Source: Candidatus Latescibacterota bacterium
Lineage (GTDB): Bacteria; Latescibacterota; UBA2968; GCA-2709665
Assembly: GCA_965208835.1 (NCBI GenBank)
Contig: OZ242358.1
Location: 3,136,001-3,200,000 of the forward strand
Reading direction: 5' to 3'
Length of the DNA: 64,000 nucleotides
Shown here: in pieces, positions 19,670-28,549 of the stretch
Position numbering within the stretch: position 1 is the first letter of the stretch
How the letters are laid out: every line of letters starts with the position of its first letter
Notes under the pieces: generated by a model
The model's input: only the letters and a program-made list of their open reading frames with translations
Databases searched by the model: none
Told to the model about the DNA's origin: nothing
Position numbers and translations under genes: made by a program

Positions 19670-21589
19670 ATGGCGAATATTGTCAGCCGCCGCTCCATCC
19701 TCATCGGCCTTGCGCTTACGGTTATCATCTGCCTCTTCGCGACAGACACGACCTACCGCCTTCGGGCCTCCCGGGTCTCCCTGGGCCACCTGCCCATGTC
19801 CCTCTGGCTGCCGTTCCTTCTCCTCTTCCTCGTCAATCGGGTCCTGCAGCACTTCCGTCCGCTCCGGGCTCTGAACGCCAGGGAACTGGGCCTGATCCTC
19901 TGCATGGGATTCATCGGCGGCGCGTTTCCAACGAAAAACATCGCCGGCCGCCTTGTCGCCGTCCTCGCCACGCCGTACTACAAGGCCACGCCCGAAAACC
20001 GGTGGGGTGACTACGTTACGGAACACCTGCGGTCCTGGTCCGTCCCCGGAGACCGGAACGGCGCCATCACGCACCTGTGGGAGGGTCTGCCCAGGGGTCA
20101 GCCCGTTCCCTGGGAGGTCTGGCTGGTACCCCTGTTCTGGTGGTTCACCCTGCTGTTCGCGCTCTTTTTCGCCTGCCTCTGCATCGCCGTCATCCTCCGC
20201 AAACAGTGGGTGGAACACGAAAGGATCGTCTTTCCGCTGGCCCGGCTGCCGCTGATGATGATATCCGATCCCGGCACGGGCGCCATCCCGCTCTTCAACA
20301 ACCGGCGCTTCTGGGCAGGATTCGCGATCGGCATTTTCGTTCTCGCGTGGAATGTCCTCCCCCGCTTTTCTCACCGCGTGCCCTTCATTCCACTCGGTCC
20401 CACGTATTCGAGCACCCTGTCCTTCGGCCACGACTTCCCGCCGCTGCAGATCAAATTCAACTTCGTGGTCGCGGCGTTCGGCTACCTCACGAATCTGGAG
20501 GTGCTGCTGTCCGTCTGGCTCTTTCACGTGCTGTCACTGTTCGAGATCGGCCTGACCAACCGCCTCGGAATCACCGTCAGCAGCGAATACCACGGCGGCG
20601 TTCTGCTGCAACAGGCGGGCGGATTCGTCGCGCTCGTACTTCTGGGCCTCTTCATCGCCCGAAAGCACATCGCAGGCGTATTTCGCAGTGCCTGGAAGAA
20701 ACAGCCGGGTATGGACGACAGAGACGAACTGCTGTCCTATCGCGCCGCCGTTGTCGGCCTGTTGGTATCACTGGCCTATTCGGTGGCCTGGCTGCACGCA
20801 CTGGGAATTTCCTTCCTAGCGGTCACCGTGCAGCTCGGGCTGCTTCTCGTCTTTTTCCTCGGCCTGTCCAAGATTGTGGCGGAAACGGGCCTGGTCTACA
20901 TCGAAACGCCGCAGCGCACCCAGGCGCTGACCGCGGCAATTCTGGGCGCACAGGTACAAACCGCCGACCACGTGGGCCTGGCGCTCTCGGCTAATGTGGT
21001 TGAGAGCCACCGGCAATACATCCTGCCATCACTCGTACACGTGGCCCGAATCCAGCACGGCTTTCGCTGGGACCGGTTCCGCGTGACCGCGGCCCTCTGC
21101 GCGGCGTTCGTGGTGGGATTCGCGGCGTCGATCGCCTACACACTCAACCTCTGCTACAGCGCCACCGGTGCGGCGAATATCCGGCACGTTTACGTATTCG
21201 GCGGCTACGGCCTCCGGATGTTCAACCGCGTGGTCACGTGGGCGGGCGCTCCGCCCACCTTCACGGGAACGGAGCTTGCATTCATTGCAGCCGGCGTTCT
21301 GGGCACCCTGCTCCTGGGCATGCTCCGGCTGCGCTTTCCCTGGTGGCCGCTGCACCCCGTCGGATTCACGGTGGGCTACGCGTTCCCCGTGAGGGTCACG
21401 GCCTTTACCGTCTTTCTCGTGTGGGCTTTCAAGTCCCTTGTGCTCAGGTTCGGCGGCATCGCGCTCTACCGGAGCTTTCAGCCGTTTTTCGTGGGATTGC
21501 TGATCGGCTACACTCTGGGCGTGGGACTCTCGACTCTCACCGATGCGGTCTGGTTCCCTGGCGACGGAAAGATGGTCCACACCTGGTGA
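19670..21589 (+). CDS. DUF6785/DUF6784-like multi-pass membrane protein (putative transporter)
   Basis: YYKATPENRW, VPWEVWLVPL, LRKQWVEHERIVFPL, WWPLHPVG, KSLVLRFGG. Confidence 0.8.
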   Translation: MANIVSRRSILIGLALTVIICLFATDTTYRLRASRVSLGHLPMSLWLPFLLLFLVNRVLQHFRPLRALNARELGLILCMGFIGGAFPTKNIAGRLVAVLATPYYKATPENRWGDYVTEHLRSWSVPGDRNGAITHLWEGLPRGQPVPWEVWLVPLFWWFTLLFALFFACLCIAVILRKQWVEHERIVFPLARLPLMMISDPGTGAIPLFNNRRFWAGFAIGIFVLAWNVLPRFSHRVPFIPLGPTYSSTLSFGHDFPPLQIKFNFVVAAFGYLTNLEVLLSVWLFHVLSLFEIGLTNRLGITVSSEYHGGVLLQQAGGFVALVLLGLFIARKHIAGVFRSAWKKQPGMDDRDELLSYRAAVVGLLVSLAYSVAWLHALGISFLAVTVQLGLLLVFFLGLSKIVAETGLVYIETPQRTQALTAAILGAQVQTADHVGLALSANVVESHRQYILPSLVHVARIQHGFRWDRFRVTAALCAAFVVGFAASIAYTLNLCYSATGAANIRHVYVFGGYGLRMFNRVVTWAGAPPTFTGTELAFIAAGVLGTLLLGMLRLRFPWWPLHPVGFTVGYAFPVRVTAFTVFLVWAFKSLVLRFGGIALYRSFQPFFVGLLIGYTLGVGLSTLTDAVWFPGDGKMVHTW

Positions 21590-21611
21590 TACGCACCGCC
21601 CGCCGTGGTCT

Positions 21612-22634
21612 TCATGATGTGCGCTGTCCGGGCCGCAACGCCTCATCGCCGAACATGAAGGAAAGCAGGGCGAACCGCCGGCCGGACGTCACCTCCGTAA
21701 CCGCATGCAGGTGCGAACAGGAAAACACGACCGCTCCGCCGGCCCCCGGTCTGTAGAGGTGGGGGCCGAATTCCGGAAATTGCAGGCACCCGCCCGCATA
21801 CTGCGCGTTCAGGTTCAACGTCAGTGCAAACCGGCGGTGCGCGGTCGACGGGCTCAAATTGTCCCGGTGAGCGTGAAAGAACCCTCCCGACGCGGCGGCG
21901 TAGCACGCTATCTTGAACCCTTCAAACCGGGTGGCGCGGTAAGCGAACGCCCGATGCAGCTCCGGAATCACCCTGCGGCCGATGGAAGTCGAAAGCAGCC
22001 TGACCAGCTTGTCGTCGTCTACGACGTGGTCTCGCCGGCTCTTTTGATCGGCGTCGATCCGCTCCCCTCGCGCCGCTCCCTGCGATTGCTCCACGCCGGT
22101 TTCCACGCTGCCCCTGTTTTCCCACACCTGCATCAGAAAATTGCAGATTTCGGGATCGAGCACGTTCGGAATCAGCAGCACCGGGGCCTGCGTTTCAACC
22201 ACCCCGGGTTCGATCTCCACCCGGTTCGCATCCAGCACGTTTCGCACCTTGCGCGCCGCGTTACGGGGTTCATCCAGCAATATCGACGCAAGCACGCGCA
22301 GATTCGCATCCAGAACGAACACGACGGACGATGCTGAATCCGGGATCCGATACGCGGAACGAACCACGCCCTTCGCATCCACGAAGACCGGGTGGGGCCA
22401 CCCCGGACCCGGCGCGTTTTCGGAAGCCATGACCGCCAGGACATCCACATCCCGTCCCTCCAGCTCAGCCGAGAAACCAGGAAGGCGTTCATCGTCGCCC
22501 CGGGAAAAAACCAGCAACGTGGACATTCCGCCCGCCTTCGAATAAAACCGGGTCGGCTTGCCGTCCGGCGACAGCGGAAGCACGAAGTCCGTGGCTCGCT
22601 CGCCTCTTTCCAGGCCATGGGATTCTGAATTCAT
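21612..22634 (-). CDS. 2OG-Fe(II) oxygenase with N-terminal redoxin-like domain
   Basis: GERATDFVLP...FVLDANLRV, APVLLIPNV, HRDN, HRRFALTLNLN, GGCLQFPEFG, HAV...GRR. Confidence 0.85.
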   Translation of the reverse strand: MNSESHGLERGERATDFVLPLSPDGKPTRFYSKAGGMSTLLVFSRGDDERLPGFSAELEGRDVDVLAVMASENAPGPGWPHPVFVDAKGVVRSAYRIPDSASSVVFVLDANLRVLASILLDEPRNAARKVRNVLDANRVEIEPGVVETQAPVLLIPNVLDPEICNFLMQVWENRGSVETGVEQSQGAARGERIDADQKSRRDHVVDDDKLVRLLSTSIGRRVIPELHRAFAYRATRFEGFKIACYAAASGGFFHAHRDNLSPSTAHRRFALTLNLNAQYAGGCLQFPEFGPHLYRPGAGGAVVFSCSHLHAVTEVTSGRRFALLSFMFGDEALRPGQRTS

Positions 22635-22644
22635 CTCACACCTA

Positions 22645-22805
22645 TCGAAAGAAAATTTACTACGAAAAAGGCGAAACTACGAATAGACGAGAATACGAAT
22701 AAACGAAAGGCACGAAAAGGCGAAACTACGAGAATACCAAATACGAGAAAATGGCTGAAAGGCAAAGCCACAACTACGAATGGCGCGAATTTACACAAAT
22801 AAATA
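22645..22805. repeat. A-rich ACGAA periodic repeat tract
   Basis: Repeated ACGAA/GCGAA units. AAAAGGCGAAACTACGA occurs twice (near 22667 and 22715). Confidence 0.65.
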
Positions 22806-22860
22806 CCCCAAGTCGACCACCAAAAAAACGGGGACGGAGACTGTCATCCAGAGGACTTGC

Positions 22861-22988
22861 CCTTAGCCTGTCGAAGGGGCCTGGGTGCAACGTCCGCTAA
22901 ACGTATCGGCCACACCTTCGCCGAGATTGTCAACCGGAGGCCTTGCCATGAACCTGCTTGCATTGAGCTTGTCGAAATGGCGAAGGGT
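22861..22988. repeat. REP-like (TGAGCTTGTCGAA-type) elements, one nested
   Basis: CCTTAGCCTGTCGAAGGG. The 25-mer at 22955-22979 is identical to 28385-28409. Confidence 0.7.
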
Positions 22989-23150
22989 GGACTCAGAGTC
23001 TTCGGTATCGCATGGGGTCAAAAGATAATTCCAGTGGCGTGCGCGTCAAGACACAAAACTCCCAACCGGTGCAGTCCACGCCGCCAGGGCCTCGATGGTC
23101 CCGGATCCAGTCACCGGCGGACGGGCTCGGCGCGCCTCCTTCGAAATCTC

Positions 23151-23180
23151 TTGCAGGAAGCCGCATAAGGCGCATATAAT
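23151..23180 (+). promoter_or_regulatory. Sigma70-type promoter for the GT4 gene
   Basis: TTGCAG-18-TATAAT. Confidence 0.5.
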
Positions 23181-23204
23181 ACGGCAGTTATTGTGAATGT
23201 TTAG

Positions 23205-23364
23205 CAGCCCGTTGAAAAAGCCCATCCGGGCTGCGGCCGGCCCTTGCGGTCGAAATACTTCGTTGCGCTCCCTCGCCGAATCGCAGGATGGGACTCGGTC
23301 GCGCGCCTTGTCTTCGGCCACAATGCCTCGGCCTCGCCTGCAGAGCGACTTTATCAACGGACTG
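23205..23364 (+). mobile_element. MITE family B, longest copy
   Basis: TIR CAGCCCGTTGAAAAAG...CTTTATCAACGGACTG, flanks TTAG/TTAA. Confidence 0.85.
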
Positions 23365-23411
23365 TTAAGCGCTGATTCTGCCGGCCGCACACCGCGGACC
23401 ACGGACCACCC

Positions 23412-24500
23412 ATGAACTCCAACCCGCGAATCCTCTTTATTGCCCGGCGTTATCCACCCTCTGTCGGCGGCATTCAGACCTACGCGAAAGAACTCTATAC
23501 CAGGCTTTGCCAACACTGTCCCGTGACCCTCGTCGCGCTGTGCAAAGACCCGCTTTTTCACCTGGCCTGGTTCATGCCCTACGCCTTCTGCGCCGCCGTC
23601 TATCACATTCTCCGTCGCCGTCCCGATGCGGTATTCTTCATGGACGGCGTTACGGCTGCCCTGGCCCCGTTTCTGCGACCATTCACGCCGGCCCGGTTCA
23701 CCGTCACCATCCACGGCGCCGAGCTGACGTTCCGGCGCGCATTCTTCAGCCACCTGATGCGGGCCGGCGCCCGCGCCTGCGACCGGACCGTGATGGTCAG
23801 CCGCGCCACGTCGGCGCTCGCGGTCCGCAACGGTTTGCCCGCCGGAAAAGCGCGCGTCATTTACCAGGGGATCCACGCGGTCATCCCCCCCGACGATGAG
23901 CATCGACGCCTGAGGGACCGATTCGAGCAGGCGCACGGCATCGACCTCGGCGCAAACCCCGTTCTGCTGAACTACGGGCGGCAGGTTCCACGGAAGGGCG
24001 TGGCCGAGTTCATCAAGGCCGGTGTCCCGCTGATGAGAGATGATATTCGTCTGCTCATCAGCGGCGGCGGACCCGTGCGGGACGGCATCCGGAACGCCGT
24101 CGAATCCCTGAACCTGGGAGACCGCGTCTTCACACCTGGCTGGCTCGACGACTCCACACTGGCCATGCTCCGCCGGGAGGCGCAACTCTTCCTGATGCCC
24201 AACATCCACCTCCGCCACGACGCGGAAGGATTCGGCATTGCCCCGCTCGAGTGTCTGTACGCCGGCCTGCCCGTGGTCTATTTCGACGTGGATGCCCTTG
24301 GCGAGAGCCTGCGCGACGGCGGCTTCGGCGTCCCGCCCGGTGACTATCCCGCCTTTGTCGAACGGATCCACCGGTACCTGGACCTGCCCGATGAAGACAA
24401 GAAACGCGAGAAGACCCGCGTCCAGGAGTTTGTGCGGGCCGAGTACTCCTGGGAGAAAACCACCGCTCAGTACATGGATGTGTTTTCGGGAAGGGATTGA
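23412..24500 (+). CDS. GT4 family glycosyltransferase
   Basis: YPPSVGGIQ, GRQVPRKG, EGFGIAPLE...GLPVV. Confidence 0.9.
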   Translation: MNSNPRILFIARRYPPSVGGIQTYAKELYTRLCQHCPVTLVALCKDPLFHLAWFMPYAFCAAVYHILRRRPDAVFFMDGVTAALAPFLRPFTPARFTVTIHGAELTFRRAFFSHLMRAGARACDRTVMVSRATSALAVRNGLPAGKARVIYQGIHAVIPPDDEHRRLRDRFEQAHGIDLGANPVLLNYGRQVPRKGVAEFIKAGVPLMRDDIRLLISGGGPVRDGIRNAVESLNLGDRVFTPGWLDDSTLAMLRREAQLFLMPNIHLRHDAEGFGIAPLECLYAGLPVVYFDVDALGESLRDGGFGVPPGDYPAFVERIHRYLDLPDEDKKREKTRVQEFVRAEYSWEKTTAQYMDVFSGRD

Positions 24501-24544
24501 TCTCTAGATAGAATCGGGAACGACGTTTACGGCCCAAGAAACCA

Positions 24545-24644
24545 GGGCACCCACAAGGGGCGCCCCTACACGGTACGGGGTATACAATTTTCAACCAGAT
24601 CGGATGAACGAATGAAATTGTAGGGGCGCCCCTTGTGGGTGCCC
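24545..24644. repeat. Pair of GTAG-type REP sequences (perfect 25-bp inverted repeat)
   Basis: GGGCACCCACAAGGGGCGCCCCTAC (24545-24569) and GTAGGGGCGCCCCTTGTGGGTGCCC (24620-24644). Confidence 0.85.
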
Positions 24645-24685
24645 GGCATTTCGGCTGTCCTGTTTATCCATGTAAGGCTGACTCT

Positions 24686-25393
24686 ATGAACAAAAGCCTG
24701 CTGACAAATCTCATATCGCTCGCGGTTGTCGGTGCGGGCGCGGTCAGCCCGGTATATCGGGACCAGATCCTGGCCGTCGGATTGTTCGCGACATCGGGCG
24801 CCTTCACGAACTGGCTGGCCGTACACATGCTCTTCGAAAGAATACCCGGCCTTTACGGGTCCGGGGTCGTCCCCGCGCGCTTCGAGGAGTTCAAGGCCGG
24901 CATTCGCAAGCTCATCATGGAGCAGTTCTTCACCCGGGAGAAGGTGGAGGAATTCCTCTCCGCGGACTCCCCGGACGCACCCCTCGATCCCGAACCCGTA
25001 CTCTCCGCCGTTGACTACGACCGCATCTACGCGGGTTTCGTCGACGTCGTACTCGCCTCGCCATTCGGCGGCATGCTCGGAATCGTGGGCGGCGCCAGAG
25101 CGCTCGAACCGCTTCGGGACCCCTTCAAGACCAAGATGAAGGAGGAACTCCGCGATATGCTGCTCTCGCGCTCGTTCAACGACGCCATGGCAGCCGGGCT
25201 GCAAAGCGCTCACGCAGGGGAAGCCCTGGTGGCCCGGGCGGAGACCATAGTCACGCGCCGGCTGGAGGAACTCAAGCCTCAGATGGTCAAACAGATCGTA
25301 CAGGAGATGATCCGCGAACACCTCGGCTGGCTCGTGGTATGGGGCGGCGTATTCGGCGGTTTCCTCGGACTCATCGCCAGTTTCGTCCGGTAA
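24686..25393 (+). CDS. DUF445 family membrane protein
   Basis: TNWLAVHMLFE.IPGLYGSGV...HLGWLVVWGGVFGG. Confidence 0.88.
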   Translation: MNKSLLTNLISLAVVGAGAVSPVYRDQILAVGLFATSGAFTNWLAVHMLFERIPGLYGSGVVPARFEEFKAGIRKLIMEQFFTREKVEEFLSADSPDAPLDPEPVLSAVDYDRIYAGFVDVVLASPFGGMLGIVGGARALEPLRDPFKTKMKEELRDMLLSRSFNDAMAAGLQSAHAGEALVARAETIVTRRLEELKPQMVKQIVQEMIREHLGWLVVWGGVFGGFLGLIASFVR

Positions 25394-25397
25394 TCCG

Positions 25398-27197
25398 ATG
25401 CTTGTGTACGACGGCAACTGCGGCTTCTGTGCGCGTTGGGTGGACCGTATTCGCGCCGCCTCCGGCAATACGGTCGAGTTTGCGCCCTCGCAGGAAGTCG
25501 GCCACCGCTTTCCGCAGATAACCCCGGAGCAATTCGAAAACGCGGTCCAGTGGATCGGTCCGGACGGCGAAGTCTACAGCGGCGCCAGGGCGGCGTTGTG
25601 CGTGCTCGCGTTCACCGGGCCGACAGGAAGGCTGCTTTGGTGGTCCTACCGCCGCATGCCCTGGTTCGCGGGCACCGCTGAAGCCGCATACCGGTTGGTG
25701 GCCCGCAACCGGAAAACGGTGTCGACGGTCAGCCGATGGCTCTGGGGACAGGACCTGCGCCGGCCCGATTACCGGACCTCCGCCGTCCTGTTCCTGCGCA
25801 CCCTGGCCGCGATCTATCTGATCGGCTTCCTGTCGTTCTGGGTTCAGGCGCACGGCCTCATCGGCGCACAGGGCATCCTGCCGATCGAGGAATCCCTTCG
25901 ACAAGCCGCGGAAGAGGGCCACCCGCTCCGGTTTCCCACCCTGTTCTGGTTCGATCGGAGCGACACGTTCATCCACGTCCTCTGCGGGGCCGGAACGCTG
26001 CTCGCTGTCGCCGCCGCGCTCGTTCCTGCCTGCGGCCTGTTCTTCCTGTTGATGTGGATCGGTTACCTCTCGATTGTGACGGCCGGCGGCCCCTTTCTGT
26101 CGTTCCAATGGGACGTCCTGCTCCTCGAAGCCGGTCTGCTCGCCGTGTTTCTCGCGCCATGGAAACTTCCCGCCGGGGGCGGCGCATTTACGCCCTCACG
26201 CCTCGTCGCGTGGCTCTATCGCTGGCTTCTGTTCCGCTTCATGTTCGCCTCAGGCGTTGTCAAGCTCACCAGCGGAGACGCGACCTGGCGTGACCTGAGC
26301 GCGCTTACCTACCACTACCAGACGCAGCCCCTTCCCAATCCGCTGGCGTGGTACGTCCATCATCTACCGGAAATCATCCACCTCGTCTCCGTGGTCATCA
26401 TGTTCGCCATCGAACTGGCGGCGCCCTTCTTCATCTTCGGACCCCGGCGCGTCCGGATCGCCGCCTGCGCGCTGCTCGTCGGCCTGCAATTCGGTATCGC
26501 GCTTACCGGCAACTATACGTTTTTCAATCTGCTTGCGGCGGCGCTCTGCCTGTGGCTTATCGACGACGCGTCGTGGCCGAAACGGCTCAGAGTTCCGTCT
26601 TCCGGTCGCAAGAATGGATACTCACCCGCCCTGCAAAGGCTGGCGGCCGCGCCCCTTGCCGCTGTCGTCGTGATCCTGAGTCTCGTGTATCTCTGCAGCT
26701 TCAGCCTGCGCCTGAGAGTGTCCTGGCCCCATCCCGTGGTCGCTCTCAGCCATGCAGTGGCCCCTTACAATGTCGTGAACACCTACGGGCTCTTCCAGGT
26801 GATGACCACGCGGCGCCCGGAAATCGTCCTCGAAGGCAGCAGGGACGGCAAAACCTGGCACGCCTATGAGTTTCGATATAAGCCGGGCGATCCGGAAAGA
26901 CGGCCCCCGGTTGTGGCGCCGCACCAGCCCCGTCTGGACTGGCAGATGTGGTTCGCCGCCCTTGGCCCCTACCGTCAGAGTCCATGGTTCGTCGACCTCT
27001 GTCGACGGCTCCTCGAAGGATCGCCGCCGGTTACCGGCCTGCTTGCGCGGAACCCCTTTCCCGAGAGCCCTCCGCGATACCTGCGGGCGCATCTGTACGA
27101 CTATCGCTTCACGACCCGGGACGAAAAACGCCGGACCGGCGACTGGTGGAAACGTACCTTTCAGAAAACCTACCTGGGAAAGATTCAGCTGGAGTAG
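25398..27197 (+). CDS. DCC1-like thiol-disulfide domain fused to lipase maturation factor (LMF) family protein
   Basis: N-terminal YDGNCGFC. LMF motifs FQWDVLLLEAG, HYQTQPLP, TGNYTFFN, PRLDWQMWFAAL. Confidence 0.88.
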   Translation: MLVYDGNCGFCARWVDRIRAASGNTVEFAPSQEVGHRFPQITPEQFENAVQWIGPDGEVYSGARAALCVLAFTGPTGRLLWWSYRRMPWFAGTAEAAYRLVARNRKTVSTVSRWLWGQDLRRPDYRTSAVLFLRTLAAIYLIGFLSFWVQAHGLIGAQGILPIEESLRQAAEEGHPLRFPTLFWFDRSDTFIHVLCGAGTLLAVAAALVPACGLFFLLMWIGYLSIVTAGGPFLSFQWDVLLLEAGLLAVFLAPWKLPAGGGAFTPSRLVAWLYRWLLFRFMFASGVVKLTSGDATWRDLSALTYHYQTQPLPNPLAWYVHHLPEIIHLVSVVIMFAIELAAPFFIFGPRRVRIAACALLVGLQFGIALTGNYTFFNLLAAALCLWLIDDASWPKRLRVPSSGRKNGYSPALQRLAAAPLAAVVVILSLVYLCSFSLRLRVSWPHPVVALSHAVAPYNVVNTYGLFQVMTTRRPEIVLEGSRDGKTWHAYEFRYKPGDPERRPPVVAPHQPRLDWQMWFAALGPYRQSPWFVDLCRRLLEGSPPVTGLLARNPFPESPPRYLRAHLYDYRFTTRDEKRRTGDWWKRTFQKTYLGKIQLE

Positions 27198-27308
27198 CCA
27201 GACGGCATCACAGAAGGGATCATCGGGCGCGGCGCCCGAATGCAATTGGCTCACGAAGGCGCCGGAAATCCGCCGGTTCCCGCGCCCGTGCGTGCCTGAC
27301 ATCCGGTC

Positions 27309-28265
27309 TCATGCTTGTAATGCGTCCCTGACGACGGCCGCAATCTCGGGATAGCGACGCGGTGTTTCGAGGTTGCACAATACGACGTGGTCTTTGACGT
27401 ATCTGCGAGCGATGTCGAACTCCGCCCGCACACGGTCGGGAGAACGAACGAGATACGGATCCGCATAGAGCCCGATGAACGGCACGAACGTGTTCCGCTT
27501 CGGGTCCTCGAGCCGCTTCATCTCGGCGGTCTCGAATTCCACGCGCTCAAGGCTCCATTGCGGAGGATAGAACCAGGAAATCGTCTGCGTACAAAAATCC
27601 AGCCGGAGCCCGTTTCCGTAGTATTCGTTGGGATAGAACGGCGGCCAGACGTGGTTGGTGACAACCGCATCCGGTTTGATCCCCTTCGCGTGTTCGTACA
27701 GGATCTCGGATACCGTGACCAGACTCGCTTCGGACATCCGCGCAAGCAGTTCAGGCTCGAACGCATCGGGCGGTTCGGCTGCCATCGTCTTCCGAATGTC
27801 CATGCATCGAGTGCAGAAACACCCATAGTGGTTCCTGAAGCCGAACCCGTCGAACGATACGCCGTCGGCCACCTCCAGCGCCCTGCTTACCCGCTCTTTC
27901 AGAAACGACCTCGAGGCCTCGTGCTCGAAGCACAGCGTGGCGCCGTCCTGCACGATGGAAAACCAACGGTGCGACAGCAGTTGGAAGTTGGAAGGCGTAT
28001 TTTCGTGTCCTGCGCGGGCGATCTCCTCCTCGGCGGGCAGCAGCCGCTGCAGACATTCCGGATGTGCCGCGGCGAAGGCGTCTGACGGCCGTGCGTACAC
28101 GATTGCGACGATACTGACGCCCAGCTCCGCGCCCCGCCGCGCCATCGCCTCGGACGGGTCCCGCACGATCAGGGTGTCGAAACCCAGATCACGCGCGAAT
28201 TCCACGATTTCCCGCTGCTGCGTTTCCGTCTCCACCGGCAGATGCCAGTCCCACGCCGCCTTCAC
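27309..28265 (-). CDS. Hypothetical protein, possible glycoside-hydrolase-like TIM barrel
   Basis: Long ORF with GAGG RBS. LGFDTLIV and DGVSFD...GCFCTRC. Confidence 0.6.
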   Translation of the reverse strand: MKAAWDWHLPVETETQQREIVEFARDLGFDTLIVRDPSEAMARRGAELGVSIVAIVYARPSDAFAAAHPECLQRLLPAEEEIARAGHENTPSNFQLLSHRWFSIVQDGATLCFEHEASRSFLKERVSRALEVADGVSFDGFGFRNHYGCFCTRCMDIRKTMAAEPPDAFEPELLARMSEASLVTVSEILYEHAKGIKPDAVVTNHVWPPFYPNEYYGNGLRLDFCTQTISWFYPPQWSLERVEFETAEMKRLEDPKRNTFVPFIGLYADPYLVRSPDRVRAEFDIARRYVKDHVVLCNLETPRRYPEIAAVVRDALQA

Positions 28266-28373
28266 ACTTTCACCTCGTAAAATCCCGCGCCGTTGTACCT
28301 TCCAGGAAGTACCTTATCGTTAATGTGCCGATTCATGCCGTCTCGCTGAGTTCCCTTCGCCTGAGAAAACGTG

Positions 28374-28549
28374 GTCATTGAGCATGCTTGCATTGAGCTT
28401 GTCGAAATGTCGAAATACCCACGTTTCGTTACTCGTCCGGTGTCCTTACCGCCCTTCGCCGACCCTTCGACAACCCTTCGGCAGGCTCAGGACAACGGCT
28501 CAGGGAGCGGCTCAGGGCTCAAGCACGGGTTTCTGAGCCCTGAGCCGCT
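28374..28549. repeat. Nested REP-like cluster plus 16-bp inverted repeat over the DegT stop
   Basis: CCCTTCG x3 followed by GGCTCAGG x3 (28452-28516). AGCGGCTCAGGGCTCA pairs with TGAGCCCTGAGCCGCT. Confidence 0.75.

Noticed and set aside
22645-22805. Possible CRISPR array
   Set aside because: No constant repeat with unique regular spacers, and no cas genes in the window.
23046-24371. 441-aa minus-strand ORF
   Set aside because: Antisense to the well-supported GT4 gene.
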